Source: Phoronis australis
Taxonomy: Eukaryota > Animalia > Phoronida
Direction: 5' to 3'
Assembly: GCA_002633005.1 (NCBI GenBank)
Contig: NMRA01000237.1
Location: 248,001 to 312,000, forward strand
DNA: 64,000 nucleotides
Shown: positions 48,801-63,800 of the stretch, piece after piece
Numbering within the stretch: the first letter of the stretch is position 1
How the letters are laid out: each line of letters opens with the position of its first letter
Made by a program: the position numbers and the translations under genes
Notes under the pieces: model-generated
Database searches by the model: none
Told to the model about the DNA's origin: nothing
Seen by the model: only the letters and a program-made list of their open reading frames with translations

Positions 48801-51800
48801 AGTTGGTGAACCACCAGAGATTCTTGTACCATTAGAGAAACTCTCCGTCGTCACTCCCAATGACATCACAATGCTGTGTGACATCGCACCAGGTATACCC
48901 GAGGCAGAGGTCAGGTGGTTGAAGAACGGCAAAGAACTGAAGCCATCCAAACGCTTTGAGATGCTCTACGAAGATGAAATTGCTTCATTGCTTATACGGC
49001 AAGCAATGCCTGAAGATGCTGGCGAGTACACCATCGAGGCCATCAATGCTCTTGGTAAAGTGGAGTCTACGGGATCACTTGTTGTCCACTGTGAGTTTGA
49101 TTAGTTTGCATTGTTTCTGTTAATTTGCTCCATTTTGCTTGGGAGTCACACAAGTTACTGTTATGTTTCTAAGTTTATGGAGATTTATGAACCATGTTAT
49201 ATTCAGAATTATGTGTTTTTGGTGGTGTGTGTTTCTTGTTCTTTTAAATGTTTTTTATTAAGTGGCAAAATGTAATTTCTGAAATGTAATTAAAGTCTAA
49301 CTTTACTGATTTTTGCAATGCTGTTATGCCTGTTTGTTAAGGAAAATGCTGTGCTTTAAAATGATTTAACATTGATTGGTACATGACTATTGATACTTCT
49401 GTTTGTCTGGCTTGAACGCGATGTGATGGCTTCCAATATGAGGTGTACAGTTGCTGCCTGGCTAGCCATGTAATATCAAGGCACCCACACTACAGTTGTA
49501 GCTATTCATGAATAAACCAACCAATTTCAGGCCTCCGACCTTGGCCGAAACTGCTCTCTCTTGGGTTCAGTCCATATTTCTGTATGACTGTTACTACTAT
49601 TTAGGTAACATGAATATATTATGAACAATTTTTTTTTCTGTAGTATGCACAAAGTATAATTTTCCATTGACTATCACAGATTGTACTGTCCTTAATGCAC
49701 TTAAATCCATTGTTTGTACATACATCACATACAACATACTGACACTATGCCAATATTTGCACTGAGGTTTTATATCCTTTCAGCTCACCCCACCATCACC
49801 TATGACAACAAACTGACGGACATCCAAACCCTCAAAGTTGGCAGCACCCTTTCCATACCCGTGGAGATCAGCGGTATTCCTGTCCCCTCCATCGCATGGT
49901 CATTCAACGACGACCAGCTGGTCAAGAGTGACCGTGTGTCCATAGACACGGGTGACAACTATTCTACACTGACAGTGAAGAATGTTGTTCGGGATGACCT
50001 TGGAAAGTACACTGTGTCTGCCGATAACCTGGTTGGGTCACAACAGTCCAGCTTTGATGTGGTTGTCCTAGGTATGTATTTCGTTGTCTGTGGAAGACTG
50101 TGATACTGAGTGTTAGCAGGTCTTGTACCGTAGTTCCAAGGGACTCATGAACATGCAAGATCATTCAAATCTTTGCGGCAACATATTGCCTTGCATTTCA
50201 GGCTAAGGGCAGCATCACGCTATCTTCCCTTACCAGCTTTTGGCATCTGCAGAACGCAGCTTTGTTGTAGACATGGTGCTAAGGGAGGATAGTGTAGCCC
50301 CATAGTTTTGGGCTGCAAACTTATCAGGTCTGGGTTCAATACCTTTGTAGACTGGGAGTATCGTTCTTATTGTCTGTTGCCCACCATTGCTTGGTTGTAA
50401 AGTTGAGTGCGTGAAAACATGTATGATAAGGATTTTTCAATGGACTTCAATCAAACATTTTCAAAATAAGAACTGTTATTAGTAAGCTCCTGTTTTCTTT
50501 CTACCCTTGGTGGTTGAACTTGCGTATTGTGTGGGATTCCTAAGTAGTTTATAGAACTCTTTGTTATTCCAAGTCAGCGGTTTTGGCTTATCATTTTCTT
50601 ATCCATTAATTTCAAATAAATACATTTTACAACGGTACCGAACAACGAATAGTCCTATGAACCTACTTGTTGTCTTAGATGCAATTCAACGATCTGACCT
50701 TCCCACATATAAATCTGTTTCATGGGAGATAACTGTTATTTTCAGACAAGCCATCAGCACCTACTGATCTCCAAGTCACGGACGTCACCAAAGCCAGTGC
50801 CACCATTTGCTGGCAACCTCCACAGAATGATGGTGGTTCCTCTGTGACGTCATACGTCATTGAGCGCCGGGACGCAAAGAGAAACACTTGGATGAATGTT
50901 GGCACCGTTGACAAGGACACGCTGAGTTACACCGTGCCGAAATTGATTGAAGGCAACGAGTATTATTTCCGGGTGTTTGCTGAAAACAAGATTGGTGCCA
51001 GCGAACCAGTGGCACTGTCTGAACCAGTTCTGGCCAAGAATCCATTTGGTAATTGCCACTCTTAATATTAAATTCACTTTTAGTCTTGTCGTGTACCTGT
51101 TGCCATATTAAATACTTGAACTGAGTAAAGACATTGGAGGAAAATGGCATTCTACTGGCAAGACCTTTGAATGGATCTGACCATCAATCAAACGTGTCAA
51201 ATTGCTAATATTAGTTATTTCAGTTAAGTATGCAGGCAAGCAAATAAACATGATATAAATGTCCATATCCAGACTCAAGTTCCCAACTTCACCAGACAAT
51301 TACGATTCCATGTCAAAGGTTGCTTTGCGGCAATGTTCTGAGTTCTAATTTGCAGTTGAGCCAGGACCTCCCAAGAATCTTGAAATCGCCTCAGTAACCA
51401 AGAGCGCGATCGAGCTTAAATGGGAGGCTCCGGATTCTGACGGTGGCGCCCCCATAACTAACTACATTATCGAGAAACGTCAACCTCACAGCAGCCGCTG
51501 GGTCAAGTGCAACAAAACCGCTGTCCTTGATCTTGCCTTTGTCGTGACTGATATCTATGAGGGCAACGAATATGAGTTCCAAGTGAAAGCTGAAAACGAG
51601 GCTGGGGAAGGGAAGCCCTCGCTGCCTGTTGGACCTGTCAAGGCTGAAGATCCACATGGTGGGTTTGGATATCCTAGATCATTCATCTGTCTAATGTTAA
51701 AGTGATATAGTGCCTGGACTCGGCAGTTTTTGATGGCAAAAACATAAATTTTTGAACTGCATTCATTGTACTCTCAGTTAAATTTTTCATTTTCAGGTCT

Positions 51801-54800
51801 AAATTATCTTCTTAAACTCTAGCAACATTAAAAAAAACTAAACCAATATATGTTCTCCCTTAAATTTATAGTCATCGCCAATCAGAAAGATCACAATTTA
51901 CCATAAAATTCATTTCAGTAGCACCAGTTGTGCTTTCAAGACAGCAAATAGTCCAAGATACATTCTGTCACTATAAGTAATCCATACCTCTATTTGTTCA
52001 GTGCCCCTTGAGTTTGTGCGACCCCTGCAAGACTTAGAGGTCAAAGAAGGTCAGCCAATCAGATTGGAGTGTGAAGTCAACAAGCCAGACCAAGCCTGCA
52101 AATGGTTGAAGGATGGTAAACCTCTCCGTCCCAGTGACAAGAATAAAATATCTGCTGATGTCTATATCCACTCTCTGGTCATTGCTGAGGCAACGATTGA
52201 TGATGAAGCGGAGTACTCTGTTGTCATTGACAATGAACAGTGCTCGGCAACTGTGCTTGTGGAAGGTAAGCAATGAAGGCCCTTGATTGTTGTTTTTTGT
52301 GAGAGGACTTCACTCTTTCTGTTCATTAAATAACCTAAAATATATGACATTATTCTTTTTACAAATAAGTAGTTGATTTTTCAATGCAAGTGTGTTTGAA
52401 TTTGTGAATAGTCATTTTCTAATGGAAATTAAGTCCTCAGAATATATTACAACCAAAAGAAAAATCTTATAAACATGTCAAGTCTGAGAGGCTTTTGAAA
52501 ATTAAAGAAAATGAAGATCAGTTTTGTTTCTATAAGGAACTATAATGGTGCATTGTATTTCCAGAGGAAATCATTGACATTGTTCGTCCGTTGGAAGACC
52601 AAGAGGTAACGACCATTCCAGGAACAGCCACTTTTGAATGTGAGCTGTCCCGACCCAATGTACTGGCAGACTGGCTGTGCAATGAAGACATCATCACCCC
52701 CTCAGATAAATACCAGATCTCCTCAGTTGGCTGTGTGCACACACTGGTCATAAACAATGTGGATGGTAGGGATGATGCTGAATATACTATACGCATTAAG
52801 GACAAGAAATCAACAGCGGGACTATTTGTAGATGGTGAGTCTTGAGCCCTGTTTAGATTAAGCTGAAACTAAAGCAAGGTTGCTCAAAGGTTTTGGAGGC
52901 AAAAAATATATATATTCATGGAGTGTAGTGTGTTTCAGATTTGTTCCTTGTTTATTTCTGTGTTGATTGACACATGTCAGATTGCCCCTGTGGTGTCAAA
53001 ATTATACAGAACAACACACATTACATAGTAACTCAAGAAATTTAATGCTTTGTTTCAGTCCCACCACAAATGAAGATTGACAAGAGATATGAAGACACGG
53101 TGATCCTCAATGCTGGAAAATCGACTGTGTTTGAAATTCCATTCATTGGCAGCCCTGCTCCAAGTGTCACATGGACATATAATGGCGGCAAGTTGCCAGA
53201 TGTCACGAGAATGAAGGAAGACACGATCTACAGCATGACAACACTGTCGTTGAAATCAGTCATCAGGAGTGACAGTGGAGACTACCTCCTGACATTGAAG
53301 AGCTCCTCTGGAACAGCTAGCCATAATATCAAACTGCTGGTACTCGGTATGTCATAAAATAATTCATGCGTTAGCGTGATTTGCATTTGGGTAATATGCA
53401 TCGATCAATGGGCACATCCAGAAATAACACAGTGCCACTCTGAATATGCAGTATCTACCCACAATGGTGAGCGCCCACTGAGCAATTGCCCTTAATGCCA
53501 TTATGATAAAAGTTTTTTGTTCCACAATGAGCTGCAGTGCAAACACCAGGACATTTGACTAGCTAGACCCAACTGTTTGAAAACTTAATCAATCATGCAG
53601 TGTGCCTAATTCAGGACATTGCTATGAAAGTTCTCATTACTTAATGGTTTATCAAGTTGATTCGACTTCCTAAGATAGCCTGGCAATGGCCCACTCTCCA
53701 TGTTTATGTCTCTATATGATGGTAGATATAGAATGCTGCAAAGGTGGTCCCAACCACGATTTTTAAAGTAAAAATGCTTGCATCAGCCTTAAAAAACAGA
53801 AGGGCAACGTTGCTTTTTGGTTGCATCAGTAAGCAGTGTGTGGAGGGTGGCCAACTAGGCTTTCTACTAAATCCATTTTATATTTCTTGAACAGACAAAC
53901 CAGATGCACCAGTGAACCTCCAGGCCACAGAAATTGGTGCTGACTACATCATACTCAAGTGGGAGCCGCCCAAAGATGATGGAGGCTGTGAAATCACCGA
54001 GTACATTATCGAGAAGCGTGACGCTAACCGTCGCTCATGGCAACATGTTGGCACTACCTCTGACCTCGAGTTCCGAGTGAGTGGACTTACTGAGGGAAAC
54101 AGCTATGCCTTCCAAGTGAGCGCCAAGAATGCCTGCGGCGTCAGTGAACCAATAGAAACACAGAAGGCACTGGAGGCTAAGAGTCCATTTTGTAAGTGGT
54201 GTTGCTGGCATTTGATGCAGAAGTTACTTGTGTTGTTTTATACCGTATTTTGGTAACTTCAAAATTCAGGTGATGGTGAGTCACTACACTAAATATTGTT
54301 GAGGCCACCGGCCATCTTCAAATGTTTTGTTTCTGTCTGGAATATATAGGATTTTGTAACAGTGACTTAGAGTTGAACCTAATTTTATAGAACATAATAT
54401 CATGGACCAAGTGGAATTCACCAATTGGTAATGCAGTCCAATTCACATTGACTTTCTTCACCGTGAATTTAGCATTTTATCATTCTGTGTGGCATTAACA
54501 TTATGTTACGAACAGCATTTGATTTGATCATCTGTTACCACAATTACTTGCTTACTAGCTCCACCTGGTGCACCTTCCAAGCCAGATGTGAGTGACATCT
54601 GTAAAGACTCGTGCCTGTTGTCTTGGAAACCACCTACAGAAGACGGTGGAACTCCCGTCATTGGCTACATAGTGGAGCGTAGAATGACGACAGCCACTCG
54701 GTGGATGCGTCTGACACGTGATCTTGTCTCTGACACCTCCTACGCTGCAGAGATGGTGGAAGGTTCAGAGTATGAGTTCAGAATCGTTGCAGAAAACAAA

Positions 54801-57800
54801 GTTGGACCTGGTGAGCCGGGCCCAGCCAGTGACAGGGTTCTAGCAAAAGATCCTTGGGGTAAGTGTTTTAGTTTCATACTATGCATGAGTCTTTTTTCAA
54901 AGTATTGTGTATGGTTTAAATTGTTGATAGCTAGTCAATAACTAATGGAGTTTTGTCACAGCTATGCTGCGGTCAATCCAATCCTCCCACTTTCAGGAGA
55001 ATGAAAAATCTGCTGTCTTTTGAAAAATCTCATACGTATTAAATTAAATTTAGATTTGAAAAATCTTGAACTCTCTGTGGGCTGGAGGCCTGTTACATGA
55101 AATAAACCTACTATTGTAGGTGTCATGAGTACAGTAAATGTAAACTTCACAGTGATCATCAGCACTGACATGTATTCAGCACTTCTCATTTCGTAGCACT
55201 ATATTACTGTTCTCTACCCTTTCCCTTTTCCACTTTAAGAGTTGAAAGATGTTTAGCTTCATTTTATTTTTATGTGCATTTTGTAGACCATCTGAATGAC
55301 AGCAAACCAATAAAATGAAAGTTTCTTCAAATCTAATCAAATCTTGTTGTCTTTTTGTTATTTTTCTGTTTTTCAAAATACTCGCTTTATTTCTAAAAAT
55401 GCTGAGAATTTCACTATGTGTTTGTTCATGACAGCTGTACAGCACAAACCAATACTGACTGAGAAGTACTATTTTCTTCTTGTTTGTTTTTGTCAGGAAG
55501 TATAACTTTAAAACTAAAATTTCATTCCCCCACCATGTTGTGGTCCAAATTTAAAATTCTTTACCATTACCATGGGCTTGTACAATATGCAAGTCCATGC
55601 CATGTTTCTTTTTAAAATTAATGTTTATTACGAGAAATATAATGTGCAATAATTGGAGTTATGCCTAGAAAGCGCTAGCAAGCATTACATTTGGGCCATT
55701 AAACTATCCCCATTACAGACAAACCTGGCAAACCAGGCACACCTCAGTCAGGTGAGACAACCAACAATTCCATTGCTCTCACCTGGGTAGCGCCCAAGTC
55801 TGACGGTGGTAGCCCCATCTTCAACTACATCATCGAGTACCGTGCCGTCGGTGCATACCGTTGGCTGAGGACAGAGGAGACAATTGCAGATACAATGTAC
55901 ACCGTGAAAGGCCTGAAAGAGGATCAGGAATATGAGTTCAGAGTTGCTGCCGAGAACAAGGCTGGCTTGGGAGAGTTCTCTGACAAGACTACGCCCATCC
56001 GTGCAAAGGAGCCCATTGGTAAGTTATACAGAATTTTTTCATTTCCTCCATCGGATCTTGTTTGGTAACATGCTAAGTGGTGCCAGCAGTTCCTAAACAA
56101 AAGAAGCTGGTCGTAAATTAAGACATTAGAAACTCAGCCCATTTGATGGCACCTTGTACTATATCAATAGATCTGTACAATTCTTGGTGTTTTCAAGTGG
56201 CCTGTTTATCAGGGATCTTGATCCAAGACCCTATTGTGTGGTGTAAAGCAATTACCACATTAGCAATGTCTTCACAGCAATGGAACACCTGCTGAAATAA
56301 ATGTGTATATCATGGACTAAAACTGGGGATTTTTTTAGAACTATTTGGCTTCTGAAATCAAATTCCTGGTAAAAAGTTGGATCGTTTTTACCCAAAGAAA
56401 TACAATGAAGTTAGGCAAAATAGATAGATCCTCTGATACCCATTTAAACCAAGTGTAGGATTTTTGTAAAAGAATAAATTTCAACTGTAGTTTGTGCTAT
56501 TTAGATCCCAACCTCTGTTTATGGATCATTCACAGCCAATAGCTTTGTTGTGTCCTGTTTCAGTTGGTGTGGCCCCAGAGATCTTGGTTCCCTTGGATGA
56601 ACTCACAGTCTCAAGCCATCAGCCTGCTACACTTCTCTGTGACATTGATATTGGTACTCCGGCAGCTGAGATCAAATGGTAACGATTTTTGAAATTCCAT
56701 CTTTCCATACTTAAAAGGATACTAAACCCTGTTTTGATGATTTCCATCAATCCTAGTTCTGTCTCCTGCTAATACATCACTGGCTTCAATCTTTCAACTC
56801 AGACAGGAATCAACTAAATTCATACTCCCTATGTCACAGATTGGACATTAAAGTCCTTGGTGGGTGGTCTTCTCCCAGAGTTGCCATGTTATTCGCTGAA
56901 AGCGTAGGTCACGCTTGCCCGTTAAGTGGACTTCGAAAAGAGTTTTCAATTTTTCCTCCAAACTTTTGAAGGTTGTCGAGGGTTACAGAGCATTATTTTG
57001 TTTCAGAGAACTGAATGGGAAAGTTGTTTTTATTATCCTGTTAATAAACCAAAACCTGGTTTAGTGTCCTTTTAACTCATTGCTCATTGCCAAAATGGGG
57101 GTAGTTGTTATACTCTTGTTATTAGTATAACAGCCCTTATGAATTTTTGCCCTTAGAGGTTTTGATGGTTTCAAAAAATTGCATAAGCATTTTAAAGAAT
57201 CTACTTTTATTAGTCTGCTTAGAGCGCATTTCCTCAATGCAGCGATTTTGGAGCACTTTGTTGTATTGGATTTACAAACAATTACTAGATTTTGCAATAC
57301 TTGAATTTATTCATAGAATCATGGAACAGCTGCATAGTCCATTTTAGTTGGCTGGTGTTTTGCCCCCAAGATAAACTGTAATTACAAAGTATTTGATATG
57401 CAAAGTATTTGATATTTGCCCACAGGTTCAGAAATGGTAAAGAGTTGTCTCCCAGTGGCAACTACGAAATGACATTCGAAGATGAGGTTGCATCTTTGCT
57501 AATCAAGGATGTAAAGGAGAGCGATGGTGGTAAATACACCATTGAGGCCACCAATCCTCTTGGTCGTGTGGAGTCGTCAGCTGTCATTACCGTCCAAGGT
57601 AGGATTTTGCTACGTGAACTCTGTGTTCTTACGCTCATACATGTATGTTTCTGTTGAATACTGTTGTACAATAATCTTGACGCTTTTAAGTATTATTAAA
57701 ATGGAGGACAGTTTAGTTCAGTGGTTGTGGCTGCAACTTTTATTTTGTGATGCCTGGGTTCACTATCATGCTCTCACTGTATGAACTTTGACCTAATTGT

Positions 57801-60800
57801 ATCTTGCCTTCCTGAGCTTGGTCTTCAACTTGTGTGTATGAAAATGTGGGCGTGTGGACTTTCTGTACCCAGGGTTATCATGAAAAACAGTGCTGGGGAC
57901 TTTTGAGGCTACTCTGGTCAAAATACTGCAAGTTTATTTTCATTATAAGCTGATCAGTTCTGGATTTTTGACAGTTTGTCTCACAATACCAAAGTACAGG
58001 CACTTTTTAGAATTAATTTAATGTCTTTCAGTTGCTCCTAAGCTGGAGTCTAACATCAACTACAGCAAGCCACAGACAGTGAAAGCGGGATCAACAGCCA
58101 AGTACGAGTTCACCTTCACTGGGACACCAACACCCGCTGTTGAGTGGAAAGTGAACAATGAGAGTCTCCATCCTTCTGCTGTTGTCACCATCAACTCCGG
58201 AGACAACCACACCACACTGGTTTTGAAGAATCCTACTGCAGACAATGCTGGCGTGTATGCGGTTATAGCAAGAAATCCTGCTGGTGAAGACACTGCGCAG
58301 TTCACTGTTACTGTCCTTGGTGAGTATTGGTGCCTTTTCTATTGCTGCCTTTCAATACCATGTTTGATCAAATACTGAAATGAAAAGTGGAATTCCGTTG
58401 GTAAATAATTAAGTCCTGCAAATCAGAACTGAAAGTAATCTGTCCGACTTTGTCATCCGTGGTAGCAGTTGCTTTTCATTCACTGTCCAACAATTATAGA
58501 AGAGCTCCAGCTTAACTTATTTAAAAATTCTGATCTTTTCTCTTATTTTTCACACAATAATTAAATATAAGTAGGCAGGTTAAGTAATTTTGTTTTTTTC
58601 AACTTTAAAAATCAATTAATTGCTTCTCTTCAGACAAACCCTCACCACCTCAAAATCTTGAAGTCAGCGAAACAACAAAAGACTCTGTCACTGTATTCTG
58701 GCAACCACCTGCTAGCGACGGAGGGTCAGAGGTCACATCTTACATCATAGAAAAGAGAGACATTAAGCGTTCCTCTTGGATGAACGTGGCCTCTGTATCC
58801 GCAAGCACACTTACCTACAAGGTGCCTAAGCTGGTCGAAGGAAGTCAATACTTGATCCAGGTGTTCGCTGAGAACAAGATTGGAGCCAGTGAACCTGCTG
58901 CACTGAAGGAACCAGTGACGGCAAAGAATCCATTTGGTATGTGTGGTGCTATGTCAAGCGCTGTATGTTAATTAAAGTCACTATAATCCATGCATGTTCT
59001 GTTGTCAAAAGTTATTTTCTTCTCAGACATATTTCCTCCATCCAAAGCTACGCCGTGATACTCTAATCCTTTCTAATCAATTGAAATTGGTTGCAACAAA
59101 ACGTCTGGAATTCTCTTGACGAACACACTGTTTCGGGGACTGAAACCTATCCACCGTGACATGCAAACTTTATGAGCCTGTTCAGTTCTTCTCAAGCTTG
59201 GAAATTATTTCTCATCTAAGTAAGAAACAAATTAATTGAGACCAAGTTTATCACCGACTGTAAGCGGCTCAAATCAAAAGTTGGTTTTGACTGTAGGCAT
59301 GGGTTTATTTCCTCCCTAAAGGCTGAATCTGACAAACACATGTTAGCAATAGAAACTGATCGCTTTGAATTTGTGGGCTTGTGCTTCAGTAGCAAGAAAA
59401 CTGTCACTCCTGTGACCAAAGTAATATACTTGGGTTCAAATCTTGACCTCATTGAGACATGGGGCTTGCAGTATTGGAGGCTGAAAATCCAGTGCCTCCA
59501 CTGGGTAGCATGATAGAGGAACTATGTGACTGTCCTCTTGGGTTTTCAATACTGATAAATACGTAACATTCTCTTGTCCATACTAGTGCTTGTATTATAT
59601 CTCAGTATGTATATTTTAGATGAGCCAAGTGCTCCACAGAACCTAGCTGTTGCAGACGTGACCAAATCTCACGTGAAACTCACTTGGGATGCTCCAGAGA
59701 CAGATGGTGGCTCCCCCATCACATCATATCTCGTCGAGAAGCGGCAACAATTTAGCACGAGGTGGACACGTGTCAATAAAGATTCATTGTTGGACACAGC
59801 TTACACTGTGACAGACGTGATCGAAGCCAACAGTTACGAGTTCCGTGTGTCTGCTGAGAATGCAGCAGGAGTGGGGAAGCCATCAAAGACAGTGGGGCCA
59901 ATCACTGTGCAGGACCCTGTTGGTATGTTGAAAAGGGTGAATGGCGTTTGAGTTTGTTTTGTTTTTGTTTTTTCTTCACTGGTGTTTACTATCTCCACTC
60001 CTTCTTGATCAAAAACCTATTGATCTGTTTGTTTAATGTTGATTGTAGTTTAGGTCCTTAATATTTAGTCACCCAAAATTGACAACTGTATACTACCTCG
60101 TAGACAGATTTTGTAACCTGTTTCATAACGTGTTTTGTGTTTGTTTTAACGTCTCACTTCACATTCATTCAATCAGTTACAGTACAGGCCTACATGATTC
60201 ACCAGGAAAAATATTTTTTCCATTCTTACTGTTTGTAACAGTAAAAAACACTGTTGCGAATCTAGTGTTTGGCTTTGAACCAGCTTTTTACCTTCAGCTG
60301 ATACTTTTTTGGCTACCAGCATGTAGAATGAAAATTTTCAACTTCACTTAGTTCAGCCTGTTGTTATTTGCTGGCAGATCTAGGATATATCACAAGGGGA
60401 GGACCTGACCAAAATGTCCAAAACATAAAGTTTAACATCAGGGATAACCTTTAATTGATCATACTGTGATGGTGGTTGGAAAATAGCTGGGCACCCCCTC
60501 CGCATTTGGTGGTTAGCTTGTTTTTCAAAATCACAGTTCAAAGGAAGTGTTTTGACATCGGTGCTTTGGTCAGCTTCAAGTGAACTCGGGCATTTCTCAT
60601 CGAGTATTGTTATTCTCTGTATTTTGGCCGCTCTGTATTGTAGTTGATTGATGTCTGTACAATAATTCACCTGTCACCTGTTTTCTTCGTTGTTTAAGCA
60701 CACTTTGTTGATTTTCACCTGTCTGTCACTGTTATTCTCTTTATTTATTGCATCACCTGTATTCTTTCTTCACTCCTTGTGTTGCCACAGCCATCGATGA

Positions 60801-63800
60801 AGAGACCGGTTTGCCTTGTGGTAAGCAGCTACAATAGAAAAAATCTTTATTTCTAGTAGAATTTATCTGCTGAAAGTTATGTTGCAAAGCACATAATAAT
60901 GATCTCTGAGGTTCTATAGAAAATTTTACTAATCTATTTAATATTTACTATAACTAATTTAAATAAAGATAACTAACTGTTTCAATCGCCACCTGTAGTG
61001 ATGGGAAGGACCACTGCTCTGAAGCTGTAAGGACAAACTTTGGTTAGTTATAAATGCAAATTTTTCTATTGAGAGAGGAGTTTAGACTGCCTTGTCAGTT
61101 TGAAACTGCACAACTGTTTTGTGGTTCTGACATTAAACTGAAGTTTCTGATTACTACAATCACTGTTTTTTTTTATGAAAGGGACTTTAAATTAAGCACT
61201 GTATGCTTAATTGCTGAATTGTTGTTAAGTCCATTTGCATTCTCAACAGCTGAGATCAATATAATGTACAAAGATTGTACTAGGTTCAAACTGTAATTCA
61301 CCTTTTATGGTTCCAATTGATCATGGAAAACCTGGAAAATAGCTCAAAAATAATTTCAATGGAGGGAGAACACGTAACAAATTTCATGAGGAGAATAAAA
61401 CGCCTCGTTTTGTCAGCCATGCGGTGAGTTCACCCTTCAGTTCTGCTTGCCAACTAAGGCATTATAATTTCTTAAAACTGCTTTGAGGTGGCGATAGGCC
61501 CCCGAGGAAAGCAGTGAAAACTGATGGGGCTTCCTTGAATAATAAATAGGTGTAGTAACAGTTTTCAATGGTGTTAACTTAGGCAGAACTATTTCTTGGA
61601 TAATAAAAATTATAATTGCATCCTGTTAAGTCATCAGAAACATATGAAACATCTGAACACCATATGTGTGAATGCTATGTCGTATTTTGATTAATAATTG
61701 TGTGCTTCATTTTACAGTGCCTCTAGAATTCGTCAAACCTCTCATTGACATTGATGTTACCGAACTCAAGGATGCGACCTTGGAGTGTGAGGTCAACAAG
61801 CCGGATCTCAAGCCCAAATGGTACAAGGACGACAAACCTATCTACTCTGGAGACAAATATGAGATCTCGTCGATCGGAGTCAGCCACACACTGAAGATCC
61901 ACAAGGTTGAACTTGATGATGAGGCAGAATACACAGTGAAGCTGGAAGATAAAACGAGTTCGGCGACTGTCTTTGTGGAAGGTGGGTTGAGAAGTATTAT
62001 GTTTGCTCAGATGTCTCATGTTTGATTCTGAAGATATTAATACCTCATATGTCTGCTGGGTACTACTGTTCTTAGTTGTAAATAATTTTACTGTTTGTCT
62101 TGATTTGAATTCTCCTTTAAATGTGTAATTCATGGACCAAACCATTGACTTCCTGTTGTTAAACTATAGACACCAACAACTTTGTATTTTTTATTTTTTT
62201 TGCAATGAAGCTGCCCCAGTAAATATCACATTCTTTTGTCTTTAGAGGAGAAGTTTGACTTTGTCCGACCCATAAAAGATGCAGAGGTGACTGAAATACC
62301 TGGTGAGGCCACATTCGAATGTGAACTGTCCACCCCTGACATTCCTGTTCAGTGGTTGAAAGATGGCAAGCCAATCAAGCCATCAGAAAAGGTGAAGATC
62401 ATCGACGATGGACAAGTTCACAAGCTGGTGATGAAGGGGGTGACAGAAGAGGATGAAGCAGAGTTCACTGTTGTGGCTAGGGGGAAGAAATGCACCGCTG
62501 GCTTATTTGTGGAAGGTATGCTCACAGCCATTGCTCAAGAGGTTTTTTTCCACACTGAATGCTTTGACAAGCCTTAAACTTAGAGGTCTGTTTTGGTTGC
62601 AGATTGATATCTCCATTTTAGTTTGTAATACTTCAGTCAATATTCCGACTTATTTTAGATTATTGCATCCGATATTTAATGGATTTTTATGTCTTTAAAT
62701 TACAGTTAGAAATGTGGACTTTTGCTTTTTCACTTCACTTCAACCTGCGGAAATAAAGAGTTGTAATACTTTGTGCTATAATTTTAAGTTTCGTTTCTAT
62801 ATGTCTGGCACCATTGCAGCTCATATGTATAATTTTATAATATCTGTTGGCTAATGTTAATAATTGATATTTGTGACCATTATAGTTAATCCATTTCCAG
62901 CTGCACCCAAACTTACCATTGATGACAAATACAAGCAAACAATCATACTGAAAGCAGGCAGTGCCACTGTTTTTGAAATTCCATTTGTTGGCAATCCTAT
63001 GCCCAAAGTTGTGTGGAAGTTCAATGGTGGTTCATTGCCTGACACCAAACGTATGAAAGAAGAAACCATCCGCAGAATGACATCATTGAGCCTTCGTAAT
63101 GTGGAGCGCAAGGACTCTGGTGATTACCAGCTCACAGTTTCCAATGACAACGGCCAGATGGAGGTCACCATCACTCTGCTTGTTGTTGGTAAGACAGTCA
63201 CATCTTTGTTATGACGTCATGGAGATTGAAGTTTTTTGCTGCTTCTTGTGCAGCTTTTACTAAAGATTATGATTTATAGAGGGCAAACATTTGCCTTATC
63301 ACAATATTGTTGTCCATTAACAATGTCAAGCAATGATCATTAGGGTAATATAAACAGGTATTTTGATGTCAATCTCGCTAATAGCCCTGAAAAATATGCA
63401 AGTGGGTCATTGTGACATATCAATTGATTACTTAATTTATGCAGTAAGTTTGCATATTTTTAGCAAGCTTTTCTTGTTGCCATTAATCTACACCTGTCAC
63501 TAACTGGAGCTATATTAAATGTGTTATGTGGACTAAGACCTACACTTTTTACCTCCCATTTACCATTTTTAGACAAACCTGACACACCACGTGATCTGGA
63601 GGTCACTGATGTCACAGAATCAACCATCAGTCTTCAATGGAAAGAACCCATGGACAATGGAGGAAGTGACATCACTGGCTACCTCCTAGAGAAACGCGAA
63701 GCCAGCCGGCGGTCGTGGCAGACTGTGACCACTACCTCTGACCTGTCGTATGTCGTCACCGGTCTGACAGAGGGAGCTAAATACTTCTTCCAAGTGTCAG

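Noticed and set aside
477-63111. Numerous minus-strand ORFs (for example 599-901, 5180-5692, 23327-23785, 31934-32383, 61723-62145)
   Set aside because: They overlie + strand exons and are antisense shadows with no domain signature or splice chain.
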